From: a virus | Lineage: Duplodnaviria > Caudoviricetes | IMG/VR virus record: IMGVR_UViG_3300004213_000011 | Coordinates: 1 to 46,914 of that record | Direction: 5' to 3' (one strand) | DNA length: 46,914 nucleotides | In this document: piece after piece, positions 18,624 to 28,639 of the stretch | Layout of the letters: each line of letters starts with the position of its first letter | How positions within the stretch are numbered: position 1 is the first letter of the stretch | Made by a program: the position numbers and the translations under genes | Notes under the pieces: generated by a model | Told to the model about the DNA's origin: nothing | What the model saw: the letters and a program-made list of their open reading frames with translations, nothing else | The model's database searches: none

Positions 18624-20426
18624 TTAGTATTTTAAGAAACCTCCGTTTGCTATTATTCTGCCCCCGGTTGCCGGTGCATCCACATTTATACTCGTGCCGT
18701 TATCGTGGCTGTTGTTTGTGTTTGCCATCCACCGTACTTGCTCAATTAATACGCTCCCGTTTGCTAAATTTAAACGGTTGCTATACTCTGGTTCGTATGC
18801 TTCTTCGGTTTGGTATTCTAAGCCGTTAATATATACATTATCGTAGTCAAAAACAACCGATAATTTTTCGTGTAGGTATGGGGGTAGTAAATAAGTGGCA
18901 AATTCAAACACCCTTGTTTTTTGCGCGTAAAGCTTTGTAATAGAACCGTTGCTGTTCCGGTGCAAACTCCGCTCCCCGCCTGGGTTCGGGTGCCATAAAT
19001 TAGCCTCTACTCTTAACTGGTGAACCAAGCCGGTAGAATAAACTAAATCATTCCACGGGTCAATATTTCGGTATTTTATTAAGTAAGTGCCCGGATGTTC
19101 TACTTCTACGCTTATAGGCTCGCTTATAGCTAAAAAAGTATTGCCGCCGCCGGTGCCTGTTATTTTAGCATGTACTATGCCATCGGGTACACCAGCAAAA
19201 TTAAAAGTTGCTTCGTAAACATCAAAGGGCTGTATATCATATTCGGCGTATACTGTTACGCCTGCAACTTGCCCCGGCCCGGTAAAGGCCCGGTTAATAA
19301 TAAAATATTGTTGGGTGGCCGGGCTGTCCTGGTTAATGCCCTGGGTTAAGTAGCGCCCATTATATTCCCCGGCGTTTCTTAATTCTATTACCTGGCCCGC
19401 CGGTATATTGTAATTAAATACCGTAGCATCAAAATAAACTTTAGTTTGGTTTGGCCCGTGCGCTTTAATAAAAGTATTGTAAAGTAAGGATTGCCCCGTA
19501 AGGGTTAAAGCTTTTCTTATACTGGCAGTTGCAAGCAACTCATTCTCCTTGCTATAAATGCCCGCTTCATGCCCGCTTAAAGTAGAAAGGAATTGTATCG
19601 TTAATACATCCGCTTTGTTTACTTTTTGCTCGTATTGTTTATTGAAAACGTTCCTTAATTTTTGTTCACACAACAAAGTATTATCCTGGTTAGAGAACAC
19701 AGTTATGTTATCCGGCTGTACGCCCTGTACAAAGCGGAGGCTATTCATCATCGGTATTTCAAAGAATACGCCCTTTTCTACAGGTGCATATTCACATGTG
19801 CCGTTGTCTTGTGTTGCCTCGGGGTCATAATTCAGGGCGCTTGGATCAGTACAACCACCGCGAACCGGAGCGGAAATGGTTAAGGGATAAATAGCCGTTA
19901 GGCACCCTTTAGCATCCCTGGCCTGAACGGTGTACCCGCCTACAGGTAAAGTATTAATTGTATAAGGTTGCCCGCTTGTTACACCATTACGCCAATCTGT
20001 TCCGGCTGAACCCTGGGGGGTAAACCTTATTTGTATACCGGGGGCCGAACTTGTAAGCGTAACGGTTACATTAGACCCGGCGGCAACATTTGCGGGCGGT
20101 GCCTGGGTAAATTGCAGGTCGCAAACCGGTGGCGGTGGGGTTACAACACAACTACCGGTTCTTTCAACAGTTGGGCTCCTTCTTCCTAAACTATCCTCTC
20201 CCCAAATTTCGTATATTCCGTTGTCAACATACTTAAAGGTGTGTGCGGGGTTTTGCGTATATGGGCCAACTAATAAGGTGCCGTTTACATTTAGGAAGTG
20301 GCTATAATAAACAGGTTCTCCCCCGCTATCAATTAAAGAGGATGCCGATAAGTTGCACGTTACCTCATTCCAACCATCTACGCATGATTGAATAACAATA
20401 AGTTTAAGGGCGCTTGCATCTGGCAT
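18624..20426 (-). CDS. Tail tip/minor tail protein with SprB-like and GCTD-repeat modules
   Basis: LPVGGYTVQARDAKGC and GCTDPSALNYDPEATQDNGTC motifs; second gene after the TMP. Confidence 0.65.
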   Translation of the reverse strand: MPDASALKLIVIQSCVDGWNEVTCNLSASSLIDSGGEPVYYSHFLNVNGTLLVGPYTQNPAHTFKYVDNGIYEIWGEDSLGRRSPTVERTGSCVVTPPPPVCDLQFTQAPPANVAAGSNVTVTLTSSAPGIQIRFTPQGSAGTDWRNGVTSGQPYTINTLPVGGYTVQARDAKGCLTAIYPLTISAPVRGGCTDPSALNYDPEATQDNGTCEYAPVEKGVFFEIPMMNSLRFVQGVQPDNITVFSNQDNTLLCEQKLRNVFNKQYEQKVNKADVLTIQFLSTLSGHEAGIYSKENELLATASIRKALTLTGQSLLYNTFIKAHGPNQTKVYFDATVFNYNIPAGQVIELRNAGEYNGRYLTQGINQDSPATQQYFIINRAFTGPGQVAGVTVYAEYDIQPFDVYEATFNFAGVPDGIVHAKITGTGGGNTFLAISEPISVEVEHPGTYLIKYRNIDPWNDLVYSTGLVHQLRVEANLWHPNPGGERSLHRNSNGSITKLYAQKTRVFEFATYLLPPYLHEKLSVVFDYDNVYINGLEYQTEEAYEPEYSNRLNLANGSVLIEQVRWMANTNNSHDNGTSINVDAPATGGRIIANGGFLKY

Positions 20427-22531
20427 TATTCAAATCTTCTTAATAGTTCAAAATTACTACTTTCCATGCTGGAGGCATCAAGTTCTAATAAATACCCCTG
20501 CTTGATATTGCCCAAAGAATCTTCAAACTGAACAAGGCCGTAAGGGTTGTTTTTTATTTGCTGTATCTCATGCGGTTGTAAACCATACGAAAAAGTGTAA
20601 ATTTCAGGGTAACCAATCGGGTCGGGTAATTCTGCAATTAAAAAATCCTGGTTTTCGGTTATAATCTTTGTTTCGTTTAACAACCGCGATGCCATGCGAT
20701 AATTACCCTCGCCCGTGGTAAATTTAATGTATTTATCTAATTGGTGCAACAAACCCGCTTTTAAATTACCGGCATGGTTTAACGCCATACGGGAGGGGCT
20801 TATGCGGGCATTATAAACTGTCTCGGGGCTTATCACATTGGCAATTTCGGCAAAGGCTGTATTCCTTTCCGTTACAAAGCTTGTCCCATCCCGTAAGACA
20901 CAAATTACATATAGGTCATCATCTTTGCTAGTGTCTTTGTCGGTTCCTAAATTATATTGTTGCCGCCTCGTAGTTTCTATACTGTACCCCCCTGCAATAA
21001 ATTCGCTTATTGCCGAATATTTCTTTTTTACTTTCGTTAAGGGTAAAGCATAAGCCCGGCGGCTGTTAAATTCATCTAACCCGTTATCGCTTTCCGTTTG
21101 CCATTTTGTATAGCCGAATTCAGCCTGGTTATAAGCATAGGCAGAAGCGGAAACCTTATGTAGATTTGTTACTTTGCCTAAAGTCAAAACAACCTCTGGT
21201 CGGTAAAAATAACTTCTAGGTTCTACCCGTATTCTTTCTTTACCTTCTACTATTTCAATGCCGGTGCCTAAACAATATGTAGCATCCATACCTGCATACC
21301 ATTTTTTATAAGTGGTTACCGGCGGGCGCTCACCCCAGGGGAAATTTCTTATCTGTGCGCCGTTGGTGAAAAATAATAAGCTGCCACGGCCATCTGCCGG
21401 GTATTGTCTTGGCTGACTATCAGTACGGCCCAGAAAATCACTCACAAAACTATCTGGTTGCCCGGTTATTGCTTCGGTTAGCCTGGCCCCTACTTCGTGC
21501 GCCAGCATGCCACGGCTCGGTGTTTCGGGTGTTTGCGTTAAGCTATCAATCTTAATAAAAGATACTACTTTGTCGGGCCGTATTCTAAACCGCCAACGAT
21601 AAGCGCCGGAAACATCATCACCGAAAACCCGACCCCAGAAATATATTTTATCTCCTATTTGAATATCTTCTTCAGTTTGAAAGTCAAAATCAACCGTACG
21701 TATATAATCTTCTTTCCCGTCTTTCTTATCAGAGAAGCCCGCTAACTTAACCGGTGCCCCTTCATTACGCCGGTAGAAGAATTCTATTGTGCCCCGGTCA
21801 AATTGGCCCTGAATCCAGTCAATTTCCACCAAGGCTTTAAAACGGATATGTATTGACATTGGCCCTTGTTCGGCGGAACGTTCTAATATTTCAAAAACAT
21901 TACCATCGAAGCTAAACCCGGTCGCGTAAGTAAAGGCTTTTAGCTCATTCCTGATTATATTGTCCCAACCTATTACTATAGTAGCATCACGGGCGTTGCT
22001 GTTGTCCACTACATCGCTTTCGTAATCCGTTGGTGCATCATCGCTGATGCGAGCCTCATAACCCCGGCGTATAACTTTACTGTGGAGCGTGATGCTTTGG
22101 GTTTCGTTGGTAAACGGGGTGATCGGCTCTCCTAACGGAGATGTTAATTTGTTCAAGTTTATTTCTAAGTCCTCTCCATTTATAAACCGCATAGCAAACC
22201 CGGTCTGCTCTATATTTGTTTTTATGCCGGTGTCGCTTATGTCGTATTTGTCGAGGTTTATAACACCCACAAAGTCAGTGTCCCAAAGTAAATTTAAATT
22301 CATCCGCTGAACATAGATGTTTATTTCGCCTTCTATACCCTCCGTTTCGTAAACGTCTTGTATATAATCCCGCCCATCTTTAATAAACTCTAGTTCGGTT
22401 GAGTATTCTACCGTGATGCCGTGATATTGTTCCGAACGCTTAAACTTATGGCTATTGGTATTCCAGCCTATAGGGTCGTGTTGTAAAACTAAACGCCCTT
22501 TCCGTTTATTTATAAGTATGTACCTAAACAT
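20426..22531 (-). CDS. Tail tip/baseplate hub protein
   Basis: 701 aa, directly after the TMP; P.GW N-terminus and NGLDEFN motif. Confidence 0.65.
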   Translation of the reverse strand: MFRYILINKRKGRLVLQHDPIGWNTNSHKFKRSEQYHGITVEYSTELEFIKDGRDYIQDVYETEGIEGEINIYVQRMNLNLLWDTDFVGVINLDKYDISDTGIKTNIEQTGFAMRFINGEDLEINLNKLTSPLGEPITPFTNETQSITLHSKVIRRGYEARISDDAPTDYESDVVDNSNARDATIVIGWDNIIRNELKAFTYATGFSFDGNVFEILERSAEQGPMSIHIRFKALVEIDWIQGQFDRGTIEFFYRRNEGAPVKLAGFSDKKDGKEDYIRTVDFDFQTEEDIQIGDKIYFWGRVFGDDVSGAYRWRFRIRPDKVVSFIKIDSLTQTPETPSRGMLAHEVGARLTEAITGQPDSFVSDFLGRTDSQPRQYPADGRGSLLFFTNGAQIRNFPWGERPPVTTYKKWYAGMDATYCLGTGIEIVEGKERIRVEPRSYFYRPEVVLTLGKVTNLHKVSASAYAYNQAEFGYTKWQTESDNGLDEFNSRRAYALPLTKVKKKYSAISEFIAGGYSIETTRRQQYNLGTDKDTSKDDDLYVICVLRDGTSFVTERNTAFAEIANVISPETVYNARISPSRMALNHAGNLKAGLLHQLDKYIKFTTGEGNYRMASRLLNETKIITENQDFLIAELPDPIGYPEIYTFSYGLQPHEIQQIKNNPYGLVQFEDSLGNIKQGYLLELDASSMESSNFELLRRFE

Positions 22532-25500
22532 TTTTATAGCGTCCGTTTTCGTAAGCTGTCCACTCTTTGTTTTCTTTTACCGTAATGTTTACCTCTTTTT
22601 TATTTTTTACGGCCCTTTCAAGCCGGTTAAAATAGTGGCCTAATTGGCGGGTAATACTTACTTCTACGGCGGCGGTATTTACCGGGGCAACGGCTTTGCT
22701 TAATTCTTCTTTGGTGTTGTCGAGCGAACTAATATATTTTGTTTGTTGGTTGCCCGCTAATATATCGTTTAGCATCCGCTCTGTTTCCAAATGCGTGTAA
22801 ACTTTTTCGCCTTTCTCCAGATACGTTAAGCTTGGGCCGGGGGTCGGGTTAATATAAAATTTGCCTTTGTGTTCCCGTAACTCTGGGCCTTTTTCGTTTA
22901 TTACTGCAAATTCAGCCTCTCCCCCTTTACGGCCTTTTGCATAAGTAGGCAAAGGCTTACTTAACACTACGGCGGCCTGTATAGCGCCCTGGGCCAGGGC
23001 AAAGGCGCTAAACGGTAAACCAAAAGTTATAGGGGAGGCGGCTACTGATTTAGCTACAGCAATACCAGTATTTAACGCTATTTGGAATAGAGCGGCCACC
23101 CTGTCTGCTTTGGCCTGCTTAACCCGTAAGGCGCCTATTTTCTTTTGGTACTCTTCTTCTATTTTAGCTTTAGCCGCTTCGTTATCCCCGGCCAGGGCCA
23201 CCTCTGCTTCTTTTTGTTGTTCCAGCTCTTGTATACGGCGCTCGTTTATATTAGCCCCTATTTCAAAACCGCCCTGCAAAGCGGCGTTTGCTAATTCTAT
23301 ACCGGCTTCTTGTATTGCTTTGCGGCGTTCCTCTTCTAATTTTAGGGCTTCCGTTCTGGCTTCCTGGTCGGCTTTATATTTGGCGGTAAAGTCTTCCATA
23401 CGCTTAACGCTGGCTTTTACTGCCTCATCTTCTATTTTTTGCGCCTCATCAAAATCAAGGGTCGGCTGGGTAGCAAACAATTCAGGCATTTCTAAATCCT
23501 TTGCTAATTGCTTTTGGATTTTAGAAACCTTTGCCCCGTACTCTTCTATTATTTTTGTGCGCTCTTCACCTATTAATTCCTCGTTGGCGAGTAATTGGTT
23601 TTTCTCAATACCGGCGATACGGATGCGCAAAATAGATGCTTCGCGCTGGGCGTTTAGTATTTCTATGCCCGTGTCCCCTATCTTCTCGCGGAATTGTTCG
23701 GCGGTTAACTTACCATCCTCAAAAGCTTTCTTCCATACTTCATTCTGCTTTTGCGTATCGGCAATAAATTCATCCAATGCCCCGGCCTGTTGTTCCAGTC
23801 TGAACTTTTGCAACTCGGCCAGGGCTTGTTCTTGTTTCTTTCTGTTATCTAAATCCTTTGCGGCTTGTTCGGCTGCTTTGGCGGCGGCGGCCTCCGCATC
23901 TTCGGCAACTTTGGTGTTTATAGTTTTTGTCTGTTCATCAAAGCCTTTAATGCTGGCTCTTAATTTTTCTATTTCTATTTTACTTTTACCGGCGGCATCG
24001 GCCATGCGTTCGGCTTGGGCTTTTACCATTTCCATAGCCGGGCCACTAACTCGCCCGAACCCTAAAACAGCGGCTTTTGCCTTATCGTAATAATTTATCT
24101 CCGCTGCCTGTTTAATGGCCGCTATCCTTTGCACCTCCAGGCGTTGCAGAGTTGCCAGGGCTAGTTTTTTCTGGTTTTCAATTTCGGCCCGTACGCCCTC
24201 CTGTTGTTTAGGGCTTAACTTATTAAAGTTTTCGATCTGTTTATTTATGGCACCCTGGGCCAGGCCGACTTTCACCATTGCGAACTCGGCGGCGCCATGT
24301 AATTTATTCAGCTTATCTTGTACCCCGATATTCCGGGCGCTGTTTTCGGATAACTTATTAAAACCTACTACTAAGGCGGTTAAGCCTACCAGCACTAAGC
24401 CTATCGGGTTGGCTAACATAGTAGCAAACCAAGCCCGCATGGTTACAATATTCCTTAGTATAGCAACACGGGTAATGCCCATTGTGGCGGCCCACCCTTT
24501 CTCGGCTACGTTGTTAGCAATAATAGAACCACGATAACCCAACATAGCGGGCACCGTTGCAGCAAGCCCGGCTATACGCTGTAAAATACCCAGGCGGCTT
24601 AACCCTATGCTGATGGCCCAACCTTTCTCGGCTAAGGCCGTGGCTAGTAGTTGCACCCGGTATGCTACAAAAATAGCAAGTAAGGTGCCTATTACTTCTT
24701 TGTTTTCCCGGATAGCCTGCACTACGGTTTTTATTACGGCCATAAAATCCAGCATGCCCTTAACAACCGTTTTCAAAAACGTTTGCACCTCTCCACTGTT
24801 GAAAGTGTTAATAAACCCATTTTTTAGCTTTTCTAAACCGGCGGCCAGGTTTTCGTTCTTAATATTAAATTCTTCTGTTAAGCTAGTACCTTCTTTTAAT
24901 TGCTGGGCGGCTACTTTTTGGCGTTCAGAAACTAGGTCAGTGTTTTTAGCTAATAAAGTTAAAACGGAAGAAGCTCCTTGTCCATCAAGTTTTAACTCTT
25001 TTACTAATTTACTAAAAGCCACGGTGTCTTGCCCCCCGGCGCGAAGCCCTTTTAAAAACACTTGAAAGGCTTTATTTACATCAGTATTAATTAATCTTTC
25101 AAACTCTTTGAGGTTTAAATTAGCATCGCCCATTTTGGCTACTTCAAAAAATGCTTCTGATGCACCGGCCATTCCACTTATTAATTTGGAAAATGCTGTA
25201 CCCCCTACCTCTGCACTAATACCGAGCTCTTCTAAGGCCGCCCCGTACCCTAATACTTTATCTAATCCTAATCCTGCATTTTTACTCACGGCGCCCACGC
25301 GTAAAGCAAAATCAGTAATATACGGCCCGGTGGCGGCCCCGGCAGACCCTAAAGAGTTAACAGCGGAGCCGATATTGGTTAAGCCTTTCTCAAGGCCTAC
25401 GCTTTTACTTATGCCGTACACATTGTTTATCTTAGCCAGGGCGGTGCTAATTTCTTCGGCCCCGCCTGCAAACTCATCTCCCAAGGCCACGTTTGCTTTG

Positions 25501-26720
25501 TCCATTGCGTTGGTAAAACCTTCAATGTCTTTGCCGGTTACCCCTAGTTGGCCGCCGACTTTTGCAATATCAAGTAATTCGTTTAAGGCTGTACGGGTGT
25601 CAAGCTTAGCAAAGCTTTCGGTTAAATCATCTACCGCTTCTTTTGTTAGTCCCGTGGTTTTTTGTACATCTGACTGGCTGTCGCTTATTTCAGAGTTGGC
25701 GCTTATCAAGCCACTTACTCCGTTCATTAACGCTTGGAAACCTACGTAAGCCCCCACAGCCTCAATGCCCATCCGTTTTATACCTCCGGTTATTTTAGAG
25801 CTTATCTGGTCGGCGGTTGCTGCGCTGTCTCCGTACTTTCTTAGCTGTCCGTTTACATCATCAAGAGCGGCGTTGGTTTGTTTTAATTCGGCCTGTATTT
25901 TATCCTGGGTGGCGGCACTGTCGCGGGTGGCCGCCGCCTGTTGCCGGAGGGCTTGCACCTGGGCGGTTAAAGCAGAACGTTGTTCGTTTAATTTGTTCTT
26001 TGCCTCTATTATACTGGCAGCATAATTACCTACATTACGGAAATTTTGGTTTAACTCCTTATCAAAATCTTTAAGCTTTTGGGTGTTGGCAAATATCTGG
26101 GCCTGTAGTTCTCTTACTTTCGGGTTTGTTGTATCAAGCCCGTTACCCATAGCCTTTAAGGCTTTGTTTAGCTCATTATTTTTTTGGACAAGTTCGTTAT
26201 AACTACCGGCGGCGGCGCTTACGGTTTGGGCTACACCTTTGGCCGCATTGGACATCATCTGGGCCTCGGCCCGTGTCTCCTGTATTGCCGTTGCCAGTTG
26301 CCGCCAGCGGTCGGGCTGTTGGGATTTACTTACCCCGTCGAACTCTTGTTTTAAAACTTTAAGCCGGTCTTTCAGGCCGTTTACGCTATCATTAAAAAGC
26401 TCCTGGGTTTTAATGATGCCCTTTTGGCTCGTCTCCAGTTCGCGCCAACGGGCCACCTCCTTGTCAACCGAACCGGCCAGTTTTACAGCTTGGTCTTGTG
26501 TTGCTTTAGAGGTAACGTTTAATCTTTTTAGGGTGGCTTCGCTTTTTGTTAAGTCAGTAACAATAGCGGCCATAGCCTGGGCATTCCGGTCGCTGAATAC
26601 CTGTAAAGCAGCCGCGAGCCGTTGCAGTTGAGATTCAAAACCATCAATCGCTTTTGTTGCCTTGTTTAACTCTGTTTCGTTGCCAAAGTCGAATATTTCG
26701 CCAAACCCTATTTTATCCAT
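22524..26720 (-). CDS. Tape measure protein
   Basis: 1398 aa, Ala-rich coiled coil, TP901-type core (DVQKTTGL...GGQLG), central TM segments, C-terminal AKG...E.GPE motif. Confidence 0.95.
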   Translation of the reverse strand: MDKIGFGEIFDFGNETELNKATKAIDGFESQLQRLAAALQVFSDRNAQAMAAIVTDLTKSEATLKRLNVTSKATQDQAVKLAGSVDKEVARWRELETSQKGIIKTQELFNDSVNGLKDRLKVLKQEFDGVSKSQQPDRWRQLATAIQETRAEAQMMSNAAKGVAQTVSAAAGSYNELVQKNNELNKALKAMGNGLDTTNPKVRELQAQIFANTQKLKDFDKELNQNFRNVGNYAASIIEAKNKLNEQRSALTAQVQALRQQAAATRDSAATQDKIQAELKQTNAALDDVNGQLRKYGDSAATADQISSKITGGIKRMGIEAVGAYVGFQALMNGVSGLISANSEISDSQSDVQKTTGLTKEAVDDLTESFAKLDTRTALNELLDIAKVGGQLGVTGKDIEGFTNAMDKANVALGDEFAGGAEEISTALAKINNVYGISKSVGLEKGLTNIGSAVNSLGSAGAATGPYITDFALRVGAVSKNAGLGLDKVLGYGAALEELGISAEVGGTAFSKLISGMAGASEAFFEVAKMGDANLNLKEFERLINTDVNKAFQVFLKGLRAGGQDTVAFSKLVKELKLDGQGASSVLTLLAKNTDLVSERQKVAAQQLKEGTSLTEEFNIKNENLAAGLEKLKNGFINTFNSGEVQTFLKTVVKGMLDFMAVIKTVVQAIRENKEVIGTLLAIFVAYRVQLLATALAEKGWAISIGLSRLGILQRIAGLAATVPAMLGYRGSIIANNVAEKGWAATMGITRVAILRNIVTMRAWFATMLANPIGLVLVGLTALVVGFNKLSENSARNIGVQDKLNKLHGAAEFAMVKVGLAQGAINKQIENFNKLSPKQQEGVRAEIENQKKLALATLQRLEVQRIAAIKQAAEINYYDKAKAAVLGFGRVSGPAMEMVKAQAERMADAAGKSKIEIEKLRASIKGFDEQTKTINTKVAEDAEAAAAKAAEQAAKDLDNRKKQEQALAELQKFRLEQQAGALDEFIADTQKQNEVWKKAFEDGKLTAEQFREKIGDTGIEILNAQREASILRIRIAGIEKNQLLANEELIGEERTKIIEEYGAKVSKIQKQLAKDLEMPELFATQPTLDFDEAQKIEDEAVKASVKRMEDFTAKYKADQEARTEALKLEEERRKAIQEAGIELANAALQGGFEIGANINERRIQELEQQKEAEVALAGDNEAAKAKIEEEYQKKIGALRVKQAKADRVAALFQIALNTGIAVAKSVAASPITFGLPFSAFALAQGAIQAAVVLSKPLPTYAKGRKGGEAEFAVINEKGPELREHKGKFYINPTPGPSLTYLEKGEKVYTHLETERMLNDILAGNQQTKYISSLDNTKEELSKAVAPVNTAAVEVSITRQLGHYFNRLERAVKNKKEVNITVKENKEWTAYENGRYKNV

Positions 26721-26726
26721 TTGAGA

Positions 26727-26894
26727 TTATTTTACAGCAATAGCTTTATTAAATTCAAGTATCTTACTATAATTCGCTTTAATTTGCAAACGAAGTTCTT
26801 TCCTTTTTTCTGATGCGTTTTCGGCCCCAAGTAAAGAAGTATATTCTTTTACTAAGCCCTTTGTTTCAGTAGATAAACTTTGATAGCTATGCAT
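26727..26894 (-). CDS. 55-aa protein similar to TMP residues ~172-223, absent from the ORF track
   Basis: MHSYQSLSTETKGLVKEYTSLLGAENASEKRKELRLQIKANYSKILEFNKAIAVK; 15/52 identities to the TMP segment by hand alignment. Confidence 0.7.
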   Translation of the reverse strand: MHSYQSLSTETKGLVKEYTSLLGAENASEKRKELRLQIKANYSKILEFNKAIAVK

Positions 26895-26899
26895 AATGT

Positions 26900-27115
26900 T
26901 TATTTTTTTACGCTGAGATAAGCGGCTGTTAAAATTGTAGATACTAAAAGAACCGCCCCAGCCAAAGTTTTCCGTTTTTGTTTGGCCTTAACTTCTGCAA
27001 TGCTCTTTGATGCTTCGGCAACCGCGTTGCCAAATCTAGCCATTGCATACGTTGCTCTTTCTATTTCTCTGGTGTTGCTGAAATCAAAAATATCATTAAA
27101 AGTTATCTTATCCAT
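26900..27115 (-). CDS. Mini-TMP: copy of the TMP N-terminus with a C-terminal TM helix
   Basis: 15/28 identities to TMP residues 1-28; hydrophobic LAGAVLLVSTILTAAYLSV tail. Confidence 0.8.
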   Translation of the reverse strand: MDKITFNDIFDFSNTREIERATYAMARFGNAVAEASKSIAEVKAKQKRKTLAGAVLLVSTILTAAYLSVKK

Positions 27116-27129
27116 AGTTTTATATTGAG

Positions 27130-27609
27130 TTAATTTATTAAATCCTTTATTGTATCACAAAGCACATAACCGGCCACAGCCCCTACTGGCCCCCAAAACA
27201 AAGGGGAGCCGAATAACCCCGGCCCCCTGTTAGCTGTTTTTTGTAACTTTTCAAATCGCCTTCGTAAATCTTCTTTTGTTTTAGCATCAGCCGAAATTTG
27301 CTCATTTAAGGCTATGTTTATTTTTTGGCCTGTATTAGCTTGATCTAAAAGCAAAGTATTAGTTCTTTCTAATTTAGTTATAGAGGCTTTTTGATCGTTA
27401 ATGGTTTTATCGGCAATATCAAACTTTAGACTTTCTTGTCTGTAGGTTTTTACGTCCATAGCAACGGCGGTATCGTATGGCACTGGCTCACCTTTAAAAA
27501 GTAACGTGTAATCTTTCGGCGGGGCCGCACCCTGGGCGTGTAGGTCAGTAACGGGGCCGCCGAGGCATAAGACGAACAAGAGAATCATATTTGCGATAAT
27601 TGTTTTCAT
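27130..27609 (-). CDS. Exported coiled-coil protein, spanin-like candidate
   Basis: Signal peptide, coiled coil, hydrophobic C-terminus; overlaps the upstream TM coiled-coil gene. Confidence 0.45.
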   Translation of the reverse strand: MKTIIANMILLFVLCLGGPVTDLHAQGAAPPKDYTLLFKGEPVPYDTAVAMDVKTYRQESLKFDIADKTINDQKASITKLERTNTLLLDQANTGQKINIALNEQISADAKTKEDLRRRFEKLQKTANRGPGLFGSPLFWGPVGAVAGYVLCDTIKDLIN

Positions 27610-27904
27610 TTTGTTTTTTTAATTTAAGGTTTAACATATTTAACTCCCCGTTCTCACGGGTTAACGCTTCGACCTTGGCGTAAGTAATCTCCAGTTCGTC
27701 GATATATTTTTTCCGGGTTGCCGTGTTTATACTATCCCGTAATTTACTTAGCTCAAATTCTTTATCTTGCTTTACCAGCGTGGCCTCTTTACTACAGCTA
27801 CGCATAGATAATATAGAACCAAATATAAAAACTATTATCAATAAAGCAGCTAAAATACTTGCCTTATTGCCCTGTTTGAAGAAATTAATTAGCTTGTTCA
27901 TCAT
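27545..27904 (-). CDS. Membrane-anchored coiled-coil protein, i-spanin-like candidate
   Basis: N-terminal TM helix followed by coiled coil. Confidence 0.45.
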   Translation of the reverse strand: MMNKLINFFKQGNKASILAALLIIVFIFGSILSMRSCSKEATLVKQDKEFELSKLRDSINTATRKKYIDELEITYAKVEALTRENGELNMLNLKLKKQNENNYRKYDSLVRLMPRRPRY

Positions 27905-28268
27905 GCTGCAATTTAAAGTTTAATTTAATTTTGAATAAGTCCGTTACAAGGTTTTGGATTTCGTGTACGTAATCCACTTTAACTTTAAATCCATAACTAT
28001 CATCATCCCCCAGGCCACTATGTATAAAAGCAAAGCCATCTTTGTAATTTAAAACACCCTTGTCGGATGTTACGGTTAATGTTCCGTTACTCATTGGGTC
28101 TATTTTATCTGTCCATTCTTTGGTTAAAGGGATACCTCTTATTTCTTTTATTGATATTAATCCAACTTGAAAATCTGTCCATACATAGGAAGGTTGGATA
28201 CCTTCTATTTTGGTATCAGTAATTCCGTAGGTAACTAAATTACCTATTCTTAATTCATTTGCTTTCAT
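27885..28268 (-). CDS. Accessory phage protein (MKANELRIGN type)
   Basis: ELRIGN, IPLT.EW and YVHEIQNL motifs recurrent in Bacteroidota phages. Confidence 0.65.
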   Translation of the reverse strand: MKANELRIGNLVTYGITDTKIEGIQPSYVWTDFQVGLISIKEIRGIPLTKEWTDKIDPMSNGTLTVTSDKGVLNYKDGFAFIHSGLGDDDSYGFKVKVDYVHEIQNLVTDLFKIKLNFKLQHDEQAN

Positions 28269-28639
28269 AGTTGTTCGTTTTTGGGTTTGTGCTTTTCTTT
28301 TAAATATTTAATCCAGTTGTAAAATTCATATACTGTTAAGCTACGGGGGTTACTTACCCCTAAATCTTCTAAAACCACGCATGTCTGCGCAAAAGAGTTT
28401 TCCATTTCTAACATTACGTTTTTACTATCCTCTCCGTTAAAGTTTTTAGGCTTCATTTGGCTTAGTAACCAATCGTTAACTGTTTTTATTTGCTCTTCCA
28501 GTTCGGGGAATTCCGGCTCCGTTATGGTTTTTATTTTAAGCAACGCCCGCCGTACTACCTGGGTATGGAACTCTATTGTTTTATCGTCCTCAATTAATTC
28601 GGGGAAATATAATTCAATTTCACTATTAATTTTTTTTTT
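28265..28639 (-). CDS. Tail assembly chaperone frameshift extension (gpGT-like)
   Basis: The -1 frame is open from the A10 run (INSEIELYFPELIEDD...) into the 92-aa track ORF. Confidence 0.75.
   Translation of the reverse strand, partial: KKKINSEIELYFPELIEDDKTIEFHTQVVRRALLKIKTITEPEFPELEEQIKTVNDWLLSQMKPKNFNGEDSKNVMLEMENSFAQTCVVLEDLGVSNPRSLTVYEFYNWIKYLKEKHKPKNEQL

Noticed and set aside
23110-26631. Long plus-strand ORFs antisense to the TMP (for example 326 aa and 213 aa) and to other genes
   Set aside because: Ser/Ala/Phe-rich shadows of minus-strand codon usage, with no motifs or plus-strand promoters
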